From Octopus sinensis (Eukaryota): 64,000 nucleotides of DNA. The notes under the pieces are model-generated. The model worked only from the letters and a program-made list of their open reading frames with translations, made no database searches and had not been told where the DNA came from. Where the stretch lies: assembly GCF_006345805.1 (NCBI RefSeq), contig NC_043000.1, positions 82,522,001 through 82,586,000 on the forward strand, written 5' to 3'. This document shows, one piece after another, positions 41,050 through 56,144 of the stretch (the stretch's first letter is position 1; each line of letters starts with the position of its first letter). The translations under genes were made by a program, and so were the position numbers.

Positions 41050-41252
41050 CAAGGCCAGCAAGACTGAGATAAGGGGTAAGTCGATTACGTTGACCTCAGT
41101 TATCAGCTGCTACTTGTTTTATCGACCCCGAAAGGATTTGAAAGGCAAAGTCGACCCCGGCGGAATCGGAACTCAGAACGTAAAGACGGACAAAATGCCG
41201 TTAAGCAGGCAATTTGTCCATCGTGCTAACGTCTCCGCCACCTCGCCGCCTT
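41050..41252 (-). mobile_element. SINE family B
   Basis: tatcgaccccgaaagg...ggcaaagtcgaccccggcgg...cctcgccgcc. Confidence 0.8.
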
Positions 41253-41559
41253 AATCAAGTCTAAGATGTTTATGAAGCACGAAACACAAAAATATTACCG
41301 AAAAAAAAGGGAGTAAAACAAACAAACAAATTAATTGTAGCAAACATGTGCTATATAGTATTGTCACATAGTGATTCGCACTCTGGAAGGTTGTTGGAGC
41401 ATGCCTGAGGGAAAGTTAGGAGCTAACAGCTATCAGCAACGTACCGAAGTCTATCTCAAGTATAACATACGGTTTATGCTTGTATAACTATTTCAATGAG
41501 AGATGATGTTTGGGGCCTAATCGTGCGCGTGTAAATGTGTATGGGTGTATGTATATATG

Positions 41560-41614
<55 letters not shown>

Positions 41615-42812
41615 ATGTATATATATTTATGTATATATACTATGTGCGTGTGTGTGCGTCTGTGTGTATATGTGTGTGTATGAGTGTGTGTATAAACAAA
41701 AACATGCATAGCGATACAATGATATGCATATAAATTATGTATTAATTCATGTTTATTTTTAGGAATAAATGTGTGTGTGTGCATATATATATATGTGTGT
41801 GTGTTTGTATACATACATACATAAATACATACATACATACATATATACACGAATAAGAGGGAATGGGAAGGAGGAAGGAAGCTGAACAAAGAGACGGGCG
41901 TGCAAGTGCCCGCCTGCACACACTCACACGCGCGCGCACAAACACGTACACACCATACACACACACATACACACACACACACACAACACACACACACACA
42001 CACTTAATCATAGCATAAATTTTCGGGATTCTATATGTTCGTGTTTATAAACGTCTGTGTGTGTATGTGTGTGTGTGTGCATGCGTGTGTGTGTGTGTAC
42101 GTGTGTGTGTGTGTGTGTGTGAGTGCGTGTGTGTATGTGAGTTAGTGTGAATGTATGTGTGTGGGAGCGTATGTAATGATGTCTGTATTTGTGTGTCTAA
42201 GCGCGTGTCTGTATTTCAGATTGTTCGTGTCAGTCTATGTATAAATGTATGTATGTACGTGTGTACGTACAGACGCATATATGTACATACACACATGTAC
42301 AAATATATATGTACATACACACAGACACACATACAAACGCACACTCACACACACATGCAAACGCATACACACATTCATACACACACACACACACATATAT
42401 ATATAAAGAGAGAGAGGGGGTGAGAGAGGGGGAGGGAGAAAGACGAGAGAAGAGATAGATAGCTATTTGCGTATGGATGTATGCATGCAAGCAATTATAC
42501 GTATGCATGTGTGTGTGTGCGTGCACGCGAGCATGTGTTGAAGTGTGTGAAATATGTATTACGCCTAACTGCGTGCACATACACACACATATATATATAT
42601 ATATGTATATACATATATGTGTGTGTGTGAGCATACACACAGACACACACATACATACATACATACGTACATACATGTATATATATATATATATTATATA
42701 TATATTATATATATATATATTATATATATATATATATAATATATATATATATACATGTATATATCTTTCTATACATACATGTATATATATATATATATAT
42801 TATATATGCATG

Positions 42813-42845
<33 letters not shown>

Positions 42846-42846
<1 letters not shown>

Positions 42847-42976
42847 TGTAATAAATAAAATATATGCATACATACAAACATATATGTACGTACCTACATC
42901 TACATGTATATATACATGCATATATAAATAAATATACGCGAGTACAGGACACCACAACTAGACGTATGTATATGTG

Positions 42977-43017
<41 letters not shown>

Positions 43018-43020
43018 TAT

Positions 43021-43101
<81 letters not shown>

Positions 43102-43260
43102 TATATATAATATATATATATATAGTGTAATAAATAAAATATATGCATACATACAAACATATATGTACGTACCTACATCTACATGTATATATACATGCAT
43201 ATATAAATAAATATACGCGAGTACAGGACACCACAACTAGACGTATGTATATGTGTATAT

Positions 43261-43262
<2 letters not shown>
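42846..43262. repeat. Tandem duplication of ~135-bp unit separated by (TA)n (period ~279)
   Basis: gtaataaataaaatatatgc...gagtacaggacaccacaactagacg occurs twice. Confidence 0.85.
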
Positions 43263-43293
<31 letters not shown>

Positions 43294-44094
43294 TTTATAT
43301 ATGTATATATATATATATATATTATATATATATATATATATATTATATTATATATATATTATATATATGCATATATGATATATATATTATACACATGTTT
43401 GTATATGCAAAATATATTCCTTTGTGTATAAATTATATAGCTTCCCTATGTCTGTGGAATGTGGGTGTAAGGGCATGGGGTTATTTTTCTGTTTTTCAAT
43501 GTGCCTTAGTATCCCTGTTCCTGTATGTGTATACATTATGTGTTTGTATGTCAGTGTATGTTTGAGTATGTGTGACGTCCGTGTGCTAGCGAGTGTGTTT
43601 GCATGCACGTATGTGTGTATGCGCGCGCGCGCGTGTGTGTGTGAGTGTGTGTGTGCGTGTGTGTGTGTGTGTGTGAGTGTGTGTGTGTGTGAGTGTGTGT
43701 GTGCGCGCGTGTGTGTGTGCGTGTGCGTGTGTGTGTGCTTACACGGAAATATATATGTTTATTCCACTGTTTACTCATATGTTTCACTCAGGGTGGAGCA
43801 TTCCCCCGGTTCGGGGTGTCAATTCTAACAGCTCCTTCTGAATGATATATCGGATGCATAAGCATCTTGTGGGTACGAAGCGGGTATGAGAGAGGCAAAT
43901 GGGAGAACAAAAGAGAAGGGAGAAAAGAATTACGAATGAATGCGTGTCAAAAACACAAAGTATACATAAATATGTAAATTGTTGTGTGTGAATACACACA
44001 CACACACACAAACACATGCACACACACACACGCATACGCACATACACACACGCACACACACACACACATATGTATATATTTATATATATTTATA

Positions 44095-44125
<31 letters not shown>

Positions 44126-44199
44126 GTGTGTGTGTGGATATATAATCAAACATATACATATGTATATAGTTGTGCATATGTGCGTGGTCTATATGGCTG

Positions 44200-44276
<77 letters not shown>

Positions 44277-44330
44277 CAGTGTGTGTATGGATATATGCAT
44301 ATACATGTACACATGTGTGTGTGAGTGTGT

Positions 44331-44371
<41 letters not shown>

Positions 44372-45021
44372 CGCATATTTGTGTGTACACATCTGAAAAA
44401 CAAAGTCTGTTTTCACAGATGCCATCAGTGTTGTGAATAGCATTTGCTAAACCCTCAATGGCATATTTTTATTCAACACACCTGTTCCATGCTTACATCA
44501 CATATAACGCACTCACATACATACACACATACATATATACAAACATACATATACACAAACATACATACATATATGCATACATGCATACATGCATACATAC
44601 ATACTTGCATACTTGCATACTTGCATACATGCATACATACATACATACACGCACACACATACACGCGTACATACACACATAGACACACGCACGCGCGGGC
44701 ACACACACGCAAATACACACACACACACACATACACTCATAGATTTGTTTTCTCATACACACACATGCACACACACACATACACACACGCACGCGCAGGC
44801 ACACACACGCAAACACACAAACCCACATACACACACATACACTTACATGTACACATACATATATCACACACGCACACACACGCACACACACACATACACA
44901 CATACACACACGCACACGCGCGCGCACACATGCAAACACGCATACACACACACACACATACACTCATAGGTTTGTTTTCCCAAGCTGGAGGAACAGAGAA
45001 CTTAACATGTTAGTGTTTATA

Positions 45022-45884
45022 CAGGGAGCAGTGAATAAAATGCCGTCTAAATTACGCAAAAATGAAAATAACACTGACATCTCATTTTAACAGATATATT
45101 TACCAAAATTACATAAAAATATCTTGAAATACAAAAAAGTAAATTATTGAATAAAACTGCCATTGGTTTCAACCACGGCCTCCAGTCGATTTCGGAATCT
45201 CCTGCAACACTTCTGGATGCTCTCCTCGTTTAAGTTGGTGAATGCTGCCATAATCCTTGCCTTCAGTTCATCTTTGGTGTTACAAGGAGTTTTGTTGATC
45301 TCTCGCCCAACTACGCTCCACACGTAATAATCAAGGGGGTTGCAGTCTGGGGATATGGACTGGGGATGTGCTGATGTGGTTGCAGAAATTGTCTGACAGC
45401 CATGACTGGGTTCTCCTGATTGTGTAGAATGGGGCAGGTCCTGTTGCCAGACATAGGGTATTTCAACAGCCACCCACTCGACCCACGGCAGTGCTACCAA
45501 CTCCAGGCACTTGATGTAAGCCTCTGTGTTGAGTCTGAGGCCGTGTGGGAAGATGAATGGAAGCATAAGGTCGCGATCACTAATGATCACTCCAAACGCC
45601 ATGATGTCGACTGTATGTTTAATTTTTATCATTTTCGGTAGATGGCCTCAAATTGACAACGGAACACTGAAATGTTCGTATTGGAGCTACCGGCGTGAAT
45701 GCCAAGCAGTACAGCATGTCGTTTGCAAATTTCTGGCAGAGTGAATTGCGTCATGGTGCTGTTTCTCTCAAAGGCGGTGCCAACTGACCCAATTATATTG
45801 TGTAGTCGACAACATCAAAATCAAGCAATGCGCATGCACGAAATTAATAATACAAAATGGCGACAATTTACCCATCATACCCTG
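45022..45884 (-). mobile_element. Tc1/mariner-superfamily element, maT (DD37D)-like, internally deleted
   Basis: cagggagcagtgaataaa / tttacccatcataccctg termini with TA flanks. Peptide VWQQD...SPDCNPLDYYVW...RLEAVVETNG. Confidence 0.8.
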
Positions 45885-46238
45885 TATGTGAGTGTGCTTG
45901 CGTGCGCGTGTATAAAAATGCATGTATGCATGTGTTTGTATGTATATATGTGTGTGTGTATGTGTGTGTGTGTGTGTTTGTATGTGTTTGTATGTATGTA
46001 TGTATATAGTTACATCTTGTGCACGTTTCATTAACAAAGAATGATCATTACTAATTACAAATCATATAATTAATATGTATATGTAAGTGAGCACGTACGT
46101 ATATACATGTATGTGTGTGAGTGTGTGTGCGTGCGTGTGTGTGTGTGTGTGTGCGCGTGCGCGTATCTCTGTGTGTATTCTTGTATACATAAAGTTATAT
46201 TTATAGACAAACAGGCAGATAGACAGATAGACAAACAC

Positions 46239-46327
<89 letters not shown>

Positions 46328-46867
46328 CATCGTCATTCGTCAAAGCAAATTTCGAAGTTGATAAATCCTGTATGTGTGTGGATGTGGGGGTGACGTACGC
46401 GCGTCCGTACGTACGTGAGTGTGAGTGAGTGGTTATGATGACTAACTCCCAAGATGTTGAAGAATAATAGAATGGAATAATTTATATTTACTAAGATGTG
46501 AATTGTGTTTCTGCGAACCAAACACAAGAAGTCCAACCAGCCGCATCATCCGCTGGATGATATTTTGCTGTGTATGGTCTACAGGAAATGTTTTCTTAAT
46601 ATCTCAACAACAACTGCATCTTCAAATATTGCTTTTGCTGAATTTCTTAAGGAGCTCTTCAGGGTAACTACCACTGAATGCAGCTGAGTTGAATAGTTAT
46701 GAAGTTTCATCAAATTATATCTCAAAATTTGACTGTTGTTAAGCTTTGATGAATTCTGGGTTTTTTTAGATCCGTCTGGTGATGCAATGACCTGAATATT
46801 TTATAGCACGAGGGTAATTGGAGAAACATCGCTTCGTGTTCCAATAAGATTTATATTTATTGCTATA

Positions 46868-47086
46868 TCTTTTATATTTTACTTGTTTCAATCATTTGAC
46901 TGCGGCCATGCTGGTGTACCGCCTCGAGGATTTTTTTTTAATTGAATATATCGACCTCAATACTTATTTTTTAAAAACCTGGTACTACTCCATCGATGCC
47001 CTTTGCCGAGCCGCTAAGTTGCAGGGAAGCAAACACACCAACACCGAATGTCAAGCGGTGGTGGGGGACAAACACAGACATAAATT

Positions 47087-47153
<67 letters not shown>

Positions 47154-47288
47154 TTTACGGACTTCTTTCAGTTTCTGTCTGCCAAATACACTCACAAGGC
47201 TTTGGTCGGCCCGAGACTATAGTAGAAAACGCTTGCCCATGATGCCACGCAATAGGACTGTTCCACTTAGCCACGCCGCGCCGCGCCT
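46868..47288 (-). mobile_element. SINE family A with internal (GATA)n
   Basis: Family A tail and body motifs. Confidence 0.8.
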
Positions 47289-47381
47289 ATATTTAAGATA
47301 CTTTTTTTGCTTTTTTCTTCCTGTTTGGTTTTGCTTTTGCTTTCTTAGAGTTGTCACTTATACTACACACACACACACACA

Positions 47382-47467
<86 letters not shown>

Positions 47468-48364
47468 CAATAACATTCCTTTTCTGATTTATCAAGCCAG
47501 CACACAATACACTGCCGCAGTTGCGTTGATAGAAATACATGTTACCAAAATTTAGAGATGTCGAGATATGTACACATCAGGCTTCAGAATATACTGATCA
47601 AGCAGCCAATACAGAATAAATGCTACAGCATCTCTGAACCACAAGAAAGATCCCGCTATAAGGGCATTTATTGTTCATTCCATCATGTACGTGATCGTCT
47701 ATCACTCTATGTGTTGTCGATCGATCTAGACGCAATTTTGTCTCTGACAAATATAAAATAGCTGCCTTAACATCATCGTCCTAGATAAGCTCGACCTACC
47801 AGGAATAAAATAATTCAAAGTTACAATAAATACAAGTGAAATAGTCATGTACAAATCCTTACTTATGCACAACCAATATACAGCTAAAGCTCTGCTTAAG
47901 CACAGCCGTGATCAAGATTACTCCGGTCGTGACCATCCTGTCTTTTTCCTCAGATACAGTATATCTATTTCTACATATTAATGATTTAAGAGAGAAGAGT
48001 TGGGTTGTGGGGGAGATATAGTTCTCATTTTTAGCCAGTCAAACTACCTCTGGATGCCTTTTTGTTGCTTGGAAGCTCTTTTTTCATTTACTCATGGCTC
48101 CATCAATATACGTTGGTGTTAGTGACATAAAAACTTAGTTCACATCCGAAATAAAAAAAAAAACAACTGTCAAATATAGACACTAGCATATTACGATACC
48201 TGACTCGCACAGGCTTTTTTTTTTTTGCTCTTTTGTCTCTTTTGCTATAACTACTGCGACTTCTGTTAATGTAAACATTATCAGTGCGGATCTCACCAGT
48301 CCAGAAAGACATATAAAAGTCACGGACACTGACCATTTTGTGAACTACCAAAGCTGATGTATAG

Positions 48365-48706
48365 CAGGGGTTCTCAAACATTATTTTTATCTAAAGATCC
48401 CTTTGATTACTATTTGTGTCTAGTGGACTCTCCGTAGCCATTCGATGTTTAAAAACTAGTTTTATTGAAACTTCTTTCAAAATTCCTATTTTGTCTTTCA
48501 CACATTAACTTTCGTATTCGAACTATATAAAACGTTTGAGAAGGAAACCCACCTGTTTCTTGCAGTGAATATATTTAAATCAAAATTTTTCATGGAGCCT
48601 TAAAATACTACTGCAGTTCTCCAATTTACTATTTTGCTAGCGTAGACCACCAAATAATCTTATATAGATTCTCAGGAGTCATATGGACCCAGGTTGATAC
48701 CTACTA
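48365..48706. mobile_element. hAT MITE (related to 26487 copy)
   Basis: caggggttctcaa start; shared gccattcgatgtttaaaaa; TSD atgtatag/atgtagag. Confidence 0.7.
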
Positions 48707-48742
48707 ATGTAGAGGTCTGATCTGGAAAATATTACACACATT

Positions 48743-48975
48743 CTTATTTCTTTATTGCCCACAAGGGGCTAAACATTGAGGGGACAAACAAGGACAGACA
48801 AAAGGATTAAGTCGATTACATCGACCCCAGTGCGTAACTGGTAATTAATTAATCGACCTCGAAAGGATTAAAGGCAAAGTCGGCCTCGGCGGAATTTGAA
48901 CTCAGAACGTAGCGGCAGATGAAATACCACTAAGCACTTCGCCTGGCGTGCAAACGTTTCTACCAGCTCACTGCT
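48743..48975 (-). mobile_element. SINE family B, full-length
   Basis: Tail atttctttattgcccacaaggggctaaac; flanking acattctt duplication. Confidence 0.85.
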
Positions 48976-49074
48976 GGTAGAAACGATTAAATACATTCTT
49001 GTCATACACTGTTTCACACGTTAACTGACTTGCACCGCTTTATATTTCATTTGGTATACTTAAAAGTTACCCTC

Positions 49075-49310
49075 TTGAGTTATAACTACTCATAAGGGCT
49101 AGTTTCTCGGTTTCATGGTGTATATCTCTCACCTGGATAGGATGCCGATCCTTCACAGGATTACTCATTTTTGCCAGCTGAGTGGACTGGAGCAACGTGA
49201 AATGAAGGGTTTTGCTCAAGAACGCGACGCGTCGCCCAGTCCAGGAATCGAAACCACAGTCTTACAATCAGCAGTCCAACACCTTAACCACTATGTCACA
49301 CGCCTCCACT
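49075..49310 (-). mobile_element. SINE family C
   Basis: gccagctgagtggactggagcaacgtgaaatgaag...ccaggaatcgaaacc...ccttaaccact. Confidence 0.75.
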
Positions 49311-50337
49311 TTATCTTGATCTTTGGTGGAGTCCAAGGACGTGCTGTCGAGAGATACAGCGTGCCATAGCATTTTTAGACCCGCTTCAGCTCTGACCTCA
49401 GTTGATTTCTTTAAGATAGAAAGTCACGTAAACAGGAAAATAAAAAAAGAAAGAGACGGGAAGAGGACATTTGACCCCGAAAGGATAAAGAGCAAAGTTG
49501 ACCTCGGTAGGTTTTGGACTCTGAACTAAGAAGGCCGAGAGGATTACGTCAAAGGAATCTATTTGGTACTCTAACAATTCTACTAATCAGTTGCTTTGGT
49601 GTGTACACGTGAATGTCTGTGTGCGCGCGCGCGAGCACGCATGAGTGCGTGCGTGTGTGTAAGTGTATATATTATATATATAGGTATATATATGCGTGTG
49701 TGTGTATGCCCGTATGTGTGTGTATATAGATATATATATATACACACACAATTATACGTACATACAGCCATACAGCATATATATATATATATATATATAT
49801 CTTAATACGTACATACAACAAATATATATATATATATACACACACATATATATGTATGTATGTATGTGTATCTCTCTCTCTCTCTCTCTATCTCTCCCGA
49901 TATATATATATATATATAACACTATGAGGAACTGAAACTTATGGAGGTTAGAAATGGCGGGAAGGGGAGAGAAAGAGAGAAAGGTGAAAGAAAGGGAGAG
50001 AGAGGAACATGACAAATAACTAAATAGATAGAGAAACGCGTGACATTGCATGTGTCATCTGGTTAAGACAAGCCATCTGCACCTACCAGGTGAATGTGTA
50101 TGACAGGTAATTAATCTAGAGCACAGGTAAGTTTATGTCCACCACTGTCTCTTTAATTACCTTTATAGATCGGTATTCTTCATGCACTGATGTACCATCT
50201 CCCCTTTTCTCTTCTTTCCTTCTTTCCCTCTCAATTGTATTGCAAAGACTACTATAGAGTTTTGTAACTCTACATACAATTAATACATATATGTGTATAT
50301 ATATGTATTTGTCTGTCTGCCTGTCTGTCTGTCTGTT

Positions 50338-50368
<31 letters not shown>

Positions 50369-50797
50369 CGATATATATAGTTATCCGTAATAATGAAGGT
50401 GAAATTAATTAATTTGGAAAAATTATCAATTACACCAAGTAGTCTTCGGCATGTAAAAGCCTCATTCGAGGAAAATTTAATTAATACTAAGCAATCGGGT
50501 TTAGCAACGAGTATGTGGTAAGGCAACTCGTTGCTAAACCCTTATGCTTAGTATATATATATATATATATATAATATATAGAGAGAGAGAGAGAGAGGGA
50601 GAGAGAGAGAGAGAGGAGAGTATAATTCGGGGGTAAAATCTCGTGACATGCATTTAAGTGCTCTTATGTTCTTATTTGGCAACTACCTGTTATCCTATTG
50701 TAAAGTGCATTGCAGGATATCCTCCATCCTTGTGTTATATTATTCTTTTATATATGTGTGTGAACGTGTGTATGCATATACAGATATACATACATAC

Positions 50798-50836
<39 letters not shown>

Positions 50837-51074
50837 AAGTCAAAAGGATTTTATGAACTTTCGAGAGAACGTAAAATAATTCCTTTTTGGAATAGTATAA
50901 CTCGAAGCACACACACACGTAAATCTATAAACAATAGCATGTGAATATTGGGGTGAAAACCCCTTTTGGATAGAAAAAGTTGAATCCGTTTACCCACTAT
51001 TTACATGATATTGGCTATAGTTTTGTTTTATATTCGAGGTATACTATACTAAAAGAAGAATGTACATGCACACA

Positions 51075-51147
<73 letters not shown>

Positions 51148-51904
51148 ACGCACGCACGCACACACAAATATAGATTATTCATGCACTAAATAGTGTATTT
51201 GATAGCAGAAATTTGCAATAGTATATACACTGTGTAAGCAATGCAGGTTTCAGGTTGTTCCATGTGTAACTGAATGTGTACAATCTCTTCGTAGGTAGAG
51301 AATGGAGTATAGGCGTCACCAGTTTTATTCTTATTTGGAATACTTATTCAGGCGTCCGGTACCCACCAATGTTCTGTTCGAGGGAAATGGTATCTATAGT
51401 CACTGCAACTAAGCTGTTCACTAACCAGGAAAATTCGATTAGCGTAAATATTGCTCTGGCGATAGCTAGGTCACTTAATTATTGATGTAGTAAGTTGTAG
51501 GTTCTCGACAATGTAATCGCATGATGCATTATAATCTGCGTTTGTAGCATAAGTTTTAGCATACATGTAAATACGCATGTGTGTGTGTGTGTGTATGTAC
51601 TCACATACATATCTCAGAAGCACTAATTTCAATTTATATGTTAGATAACCTTGGTCTGTGGTTAATGAAAGCACATTTGATATCAGCATGGGTGCAAGCG
51701 ATTCTGTAGAGATCAGTGACCTGGTCGGCGATCCCTGCTGTACTCTTTCGCCACAACTTTCTCTCACTCTTTCTTCTGTTGGCCTGCTCGCTTAGCCAGC
51801 GGGGTGGCGTCATTTGAAGGCTAAAATAATGCGAAGCGCATTGTAACCAGCGATGTGTAACAACATCTGATGGCCTGGTCGGTCACGGTGATCACGGTGA
51901 TTGA

Positions 51905-51956
<52 letters not shown>

Positions 51957-51983
51957 ACATATACATATATATGTATGTATATA

Positions 51984-53233
51984 CAGGGGTTGGACAAAAT
52001 AGTGGAAACACCTTAAAATTTCAAACAAATTTATTTTAATAAGGGGTAGGACCACCTTTGGCAGTAATTACATCTTGAATTCTATGAGGAATGAACTCTT
52101 ACAAAGTTTGAATTCATTCCAAAGGAATTTTTGTCCATTCTTCATCTAAAACATTCTCCAGTTCTTGTAGTGATGGTGGAGGATATCGACTCCTTGTTTT
52201 TTACAATGCATCATAAATGTTCAATAATATTAAGATCTTGGAACTGTAGTGGCCAGATAAGATGTTCAACTTCACTAGAAAGTTCCTCGTACCATTCAGT
52301 AACAACTTTAGCTGTGTGAATTGATGTATTATCATCCCGAAAGATTGCGTTTCCCTACGGAAACAGTTCCGCAATCATAGGATGAATTTGATCCGATAAA
52401 ATGCTTAAATAGTCTTGACTATTAATTCTGCATTGAAGGGAAACCATTGGAGCGGCACATTTCCAAGGTATAGCCTCCTATATCATCACAGATCCTCCTC
52501 CATATTTATCAGTCGGAAGAAGGCATTCTGGTCAAATGCTTCTGTTGGCTGTCTACACACGTATACCCGGCCTGGGGTCGGAAATAAGGTAAAGGATGAC
52601 TCTTCTGAGAAAATAACTTTCATCCACTGCTGTAGGGATCAATTCTGTAAGTTTTTACTCCACTCTAAAAGCTTTGCAACGTTTGTTTTTGAAAGTAATA
52701 GTTTTCTGATCGCGGCCCTCCCGAGAAATCCGGTTTGTGCTACTCCCGACAAACAGTTTTTGTGGAAACTGGGTTCTTGAGGTGGTCATTAAGCTCTGCA
52801 GTAAATTTGGGAGCTGTACTTTTGTGATCCTTTCTAACAATTCGCGTAAGACTCCGACGGTTCCTTTCTGAAAGTTTTGGTTTTCTTCAGGAGTTTTACG
52901 ATGAGGTTTTTCCCTCTTTCTCATTACTTTCGACACAGTACTTCTTGATGCGCCAAACATTTCGGCTGCTTTCGTTATGCTAGCGCCCGCCATACGAGCA
53001 CCAACAATTTGATCTCTTTGAAAGTCCGATAGATCTGTCATTTTAATGAATTTTAATTACCTTTTTCTGATGATATCTGGAAAAAAACCCAGCAATTTTA
53101 GCAAAACATATTAGGCAACACTAATAATAAATAAAAAAAAACATAAAAATAAACAAGCTTTTGACGGTTCTATAGACTTTTTAAAATTATGATACTATAA
53201 TGCTAGGTTTTCCATTATTTTGTCCAACCCTTG
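51984..53233 (-). mobile_element. Tc1-like transposon with DD36E spacing (Incomer-like), 1.25 kb, frameshifted
   Basis: TIRs caggggttggacaaaata(g/a)tggaaa; TA flanks. Peptides MTDLSDFQRDQIVGARMAG, IFSEESSF and DDNTSIH...DLNIIE (36 residues). Confidence 0.9.
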
Positions 53234-53247
53234 TATATACCTATATA

Positions 53248-53482
53248 TAGGGTGTTCAAAAAGTCTCTTCGCAATGATTTTTTTTTTATCCTGCACATCA
53301 CCATGGTGCTACTTCAAGAGTTTTTCGTTGAATAGAATATTTCGAAGGGAATTTGGCCACGAAGATCACCTGATTTAACACCACCAGAATTTTTTTTTCT
53401 GAGAGCAAGTATAGGCCCAGTGTACAAGAATCGCCTGAAAACCATCAAATACTTACTACAGAGAGACTTTGTGAACAACCTG
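53248..53482 (+). mobile_element. Deleted Tc1/mariner derivative (rosa/maT-like MITE)
   Basis: TIRs agggtgttcaaaaagtctct / agagactttgtgaacaacctg; relic WPRRSPDLTPPEFF. Confidence 0.7.
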
Positions 53483-53489
53483 TATATAT

Positions 53490-53879
53490 ATTCTTTTATT
53501 CTTTTATTTCTTTCAGTCATATGACTGTGGCCATGCTGGAGCACCGCTGTTTAATCGAACAAATCGAACCCGGGACTTATTCTTTGTAAGCGTAGTACAT
53601 ATTCTATTGGTTCACTTTTGCCGAACGTAAACACACCAACATCGGTTGCCAAGCGATGTTGGGGGACAAACACAGACACACAAACAAACAACACACACAC
53701 ACACCACACACACATATACGACAGGCTTCTTTCAGTTTCCATCTACCAAATCCACTCACAAGGCTTTGGTCGGTCCGAGGCTATAGCAGAAGACACTTGC
53801 CCAAGGTGCCATGCAATGGGACTGAACCCGGAACCTTGTGGCTGGTAAGCAAGCTACTTACCAAACACCCACTCCTGTG

Positions 53880-53883
<4 letters not shown>
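53490..53883 (-). mobile_element. SINE family A, full-length
   Basis: Matches 3157-3543. Confidence 0.88.
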
Positions 53884-53916
<33 letters not shown>

Positions 53917-53973
53917 TATTTCTAAATTCGGTGTGTGGTGAGGCAAACCGTTGCTAAACCCTTAATTACTTAG

Positions 53974-54005
<32 letters not shown>

Positions 54006-54147
54006 ACCAAAACATTCAAACTCTGAAATTTGAAATCAGATGTCACTACTATTCATATCATCTCAGGATAAATTTTAAAATTGATGATATCACCAGCAGT
54101 GACATAGGTGGATCGCAGACGCAATAGCATTAAATAGCTATTGAATT

Positions 54148-54178
<31 letters not shown>

Positions 54179-54208
54179 ATAATAATATATATATATATAT
54201 ATAATATA

Positions 54209-54273
54209 CAGTGTACGATGGGTAAATTTTCATTTTAGCGTCTTTTAGTCGACAGTTTATTCACTGCACCCTG
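54209..54273 (+). mobile_element. 65-bp mini-MITE made of the two termini of the 45022-45884 family
   Basis: cagtgtacgatgggtaaatt ... gtttattcactgcaccctg; TA flanks. Confidence 0.7.
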
Positions 54274-54332
54274 TATATGTATGGATGGATGCATGCATGC
54301 ATATATATATATATGTATGTATATATATCTAC

Positions 54333-54372
<40 letters not shown>

Positions 54373-55299
54373 GTGTGTATGTATGTGTGTGTTTAGTATA
54401 TTTTTCTCATTTATTCTTATTCATTTATTTATTTTATTTATCTATTTATTTACTTGTTTATTTGCTTATTTCATTTGTTTATTTTGATTACTTATGCCTA
54501 ATCAATTAATAAATAGTTCCAAATGAATGTTTACAGTCTGATTTTTGTCGATTGATTATCCTCTCCATTTTTTTTTTTATTTGCCTTATAAATCCTGGGT
54601 AAATTTCTGCTTTACCCCACTCATACCTAGTATTCAATTGCGATACTGCCCTGGAATAGTAGGCACTTGGATATAAATACTTAGGTATACACCCAGTATT
54701 ATATTGGATATTTATTATCCCTTAGATGGTTGCTTAACCTCTAACTCATATAGACATATTTTTTCATTTTATCTAGTTTCAACTCATGAGCTGTGGCCAT
54801 GCTGGGGCACTGTCATTAAAATTAATGTTATCTGTCAGAAGTGGGATATATATATATATGCATGCATAAATGTAAGTATATACATGTGTGAGAGCTTATG
54901 TGTTCATAAATATATGTGTGTATGTATGTGTGTGTATGTAGGTTTGTCTGTAAAATGTGTGTGTATATATCTGCGTGTAAATGCTTGTTTTATGTACATA
55001 CATGCATATTTATATACACATATATGTGCTGATGGTGGTAGTGGTGGTTATGGCAATGGTGGTGGTGATGGTGGTAGTGGTGGGTGTGGGGTGGTGGTAT
55101 TGGCGGTTGTGGTGGTGGTGGTGATGGTGGTGGTGGTGGTAGTATTGGTGATGGTGGAGTGGTGGTGGTGGTGGTGGTGATACGGATAGCAGTTGTTTTG
55201 CTGTCTTGTCTGTTTTTCGCACTGATTAAACATCTTGTAAATAATTTCCTCATTCCATCTCTGAATCCCTCTCTCTCTCTCCTCTGCCTCTCCTCTCTC

Positions 55300-55335
<36 letters not shown>

Positions 55336-56049
55336 TTTCTTTCTTTCTCCTTCCTTCGTTTCACAGTTCCCCATTTAACATTCACAGTTGGACAAAGACT
55401 GGGGGCAAATAAATTAACATTTGTTGAATCCGTGTTGGAAACAAGATAGTTTCATTGACACATCGGCTGTTTCTTGTACGACGTCTCTCAGTTTCTAGTT
55501 AATGTTCCTTGTTTATCTTCTCTTTTTACACCAAAATTCATAAATAACTCACACACATACACTCACACACACACATACATATACACATGCAGACTCAAAC
55601 ATGAACGTACAACAAGCACGTACACATACGGAAACATACATGCATACATACAAACATGCATACATACATGTTTACATACATGCATATATATACATATTTA
55701 TATTTAACTATACATATACGATTATGTGTGCGTGTGTGTATGCGTGTGTGTTTTTATCTGTGTATGTTTGTGTGTGTGCGTGTGTATATATATGTGTGTA
55801 TAAGTGTATATATATATGCGCGTGTGCATGTGTGTAATATTAGTATTCCCGTGCTATCAATAACGACGGTATGTTCATCGTATTTAAATGTATTGAAATT
55901 AGTAATGAAGTATTTTTAAAATCTAGAAAAGTTTCTTTTTAATGAAACATACATACATACATGCATACATGCATTCATATACGGGTGCATGTATATACAC
56001 ACACACACACACACGTACATATATATAGATATAAGTAAATATACAATAC

Positions 56050-56139
<90 letters not shown>

Positions 56140-56144
56140 CATAT

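Noticed and set aside
46480-46850. Possible LINE coding fragment
   Set aside because: Only vague similarity, with no diagnostic motif readable.
50430-50475. Degenerate hammerhead-like motif; a similar one lies near 60150
   Set aside because: Core too altered and stems I/III not convincing.
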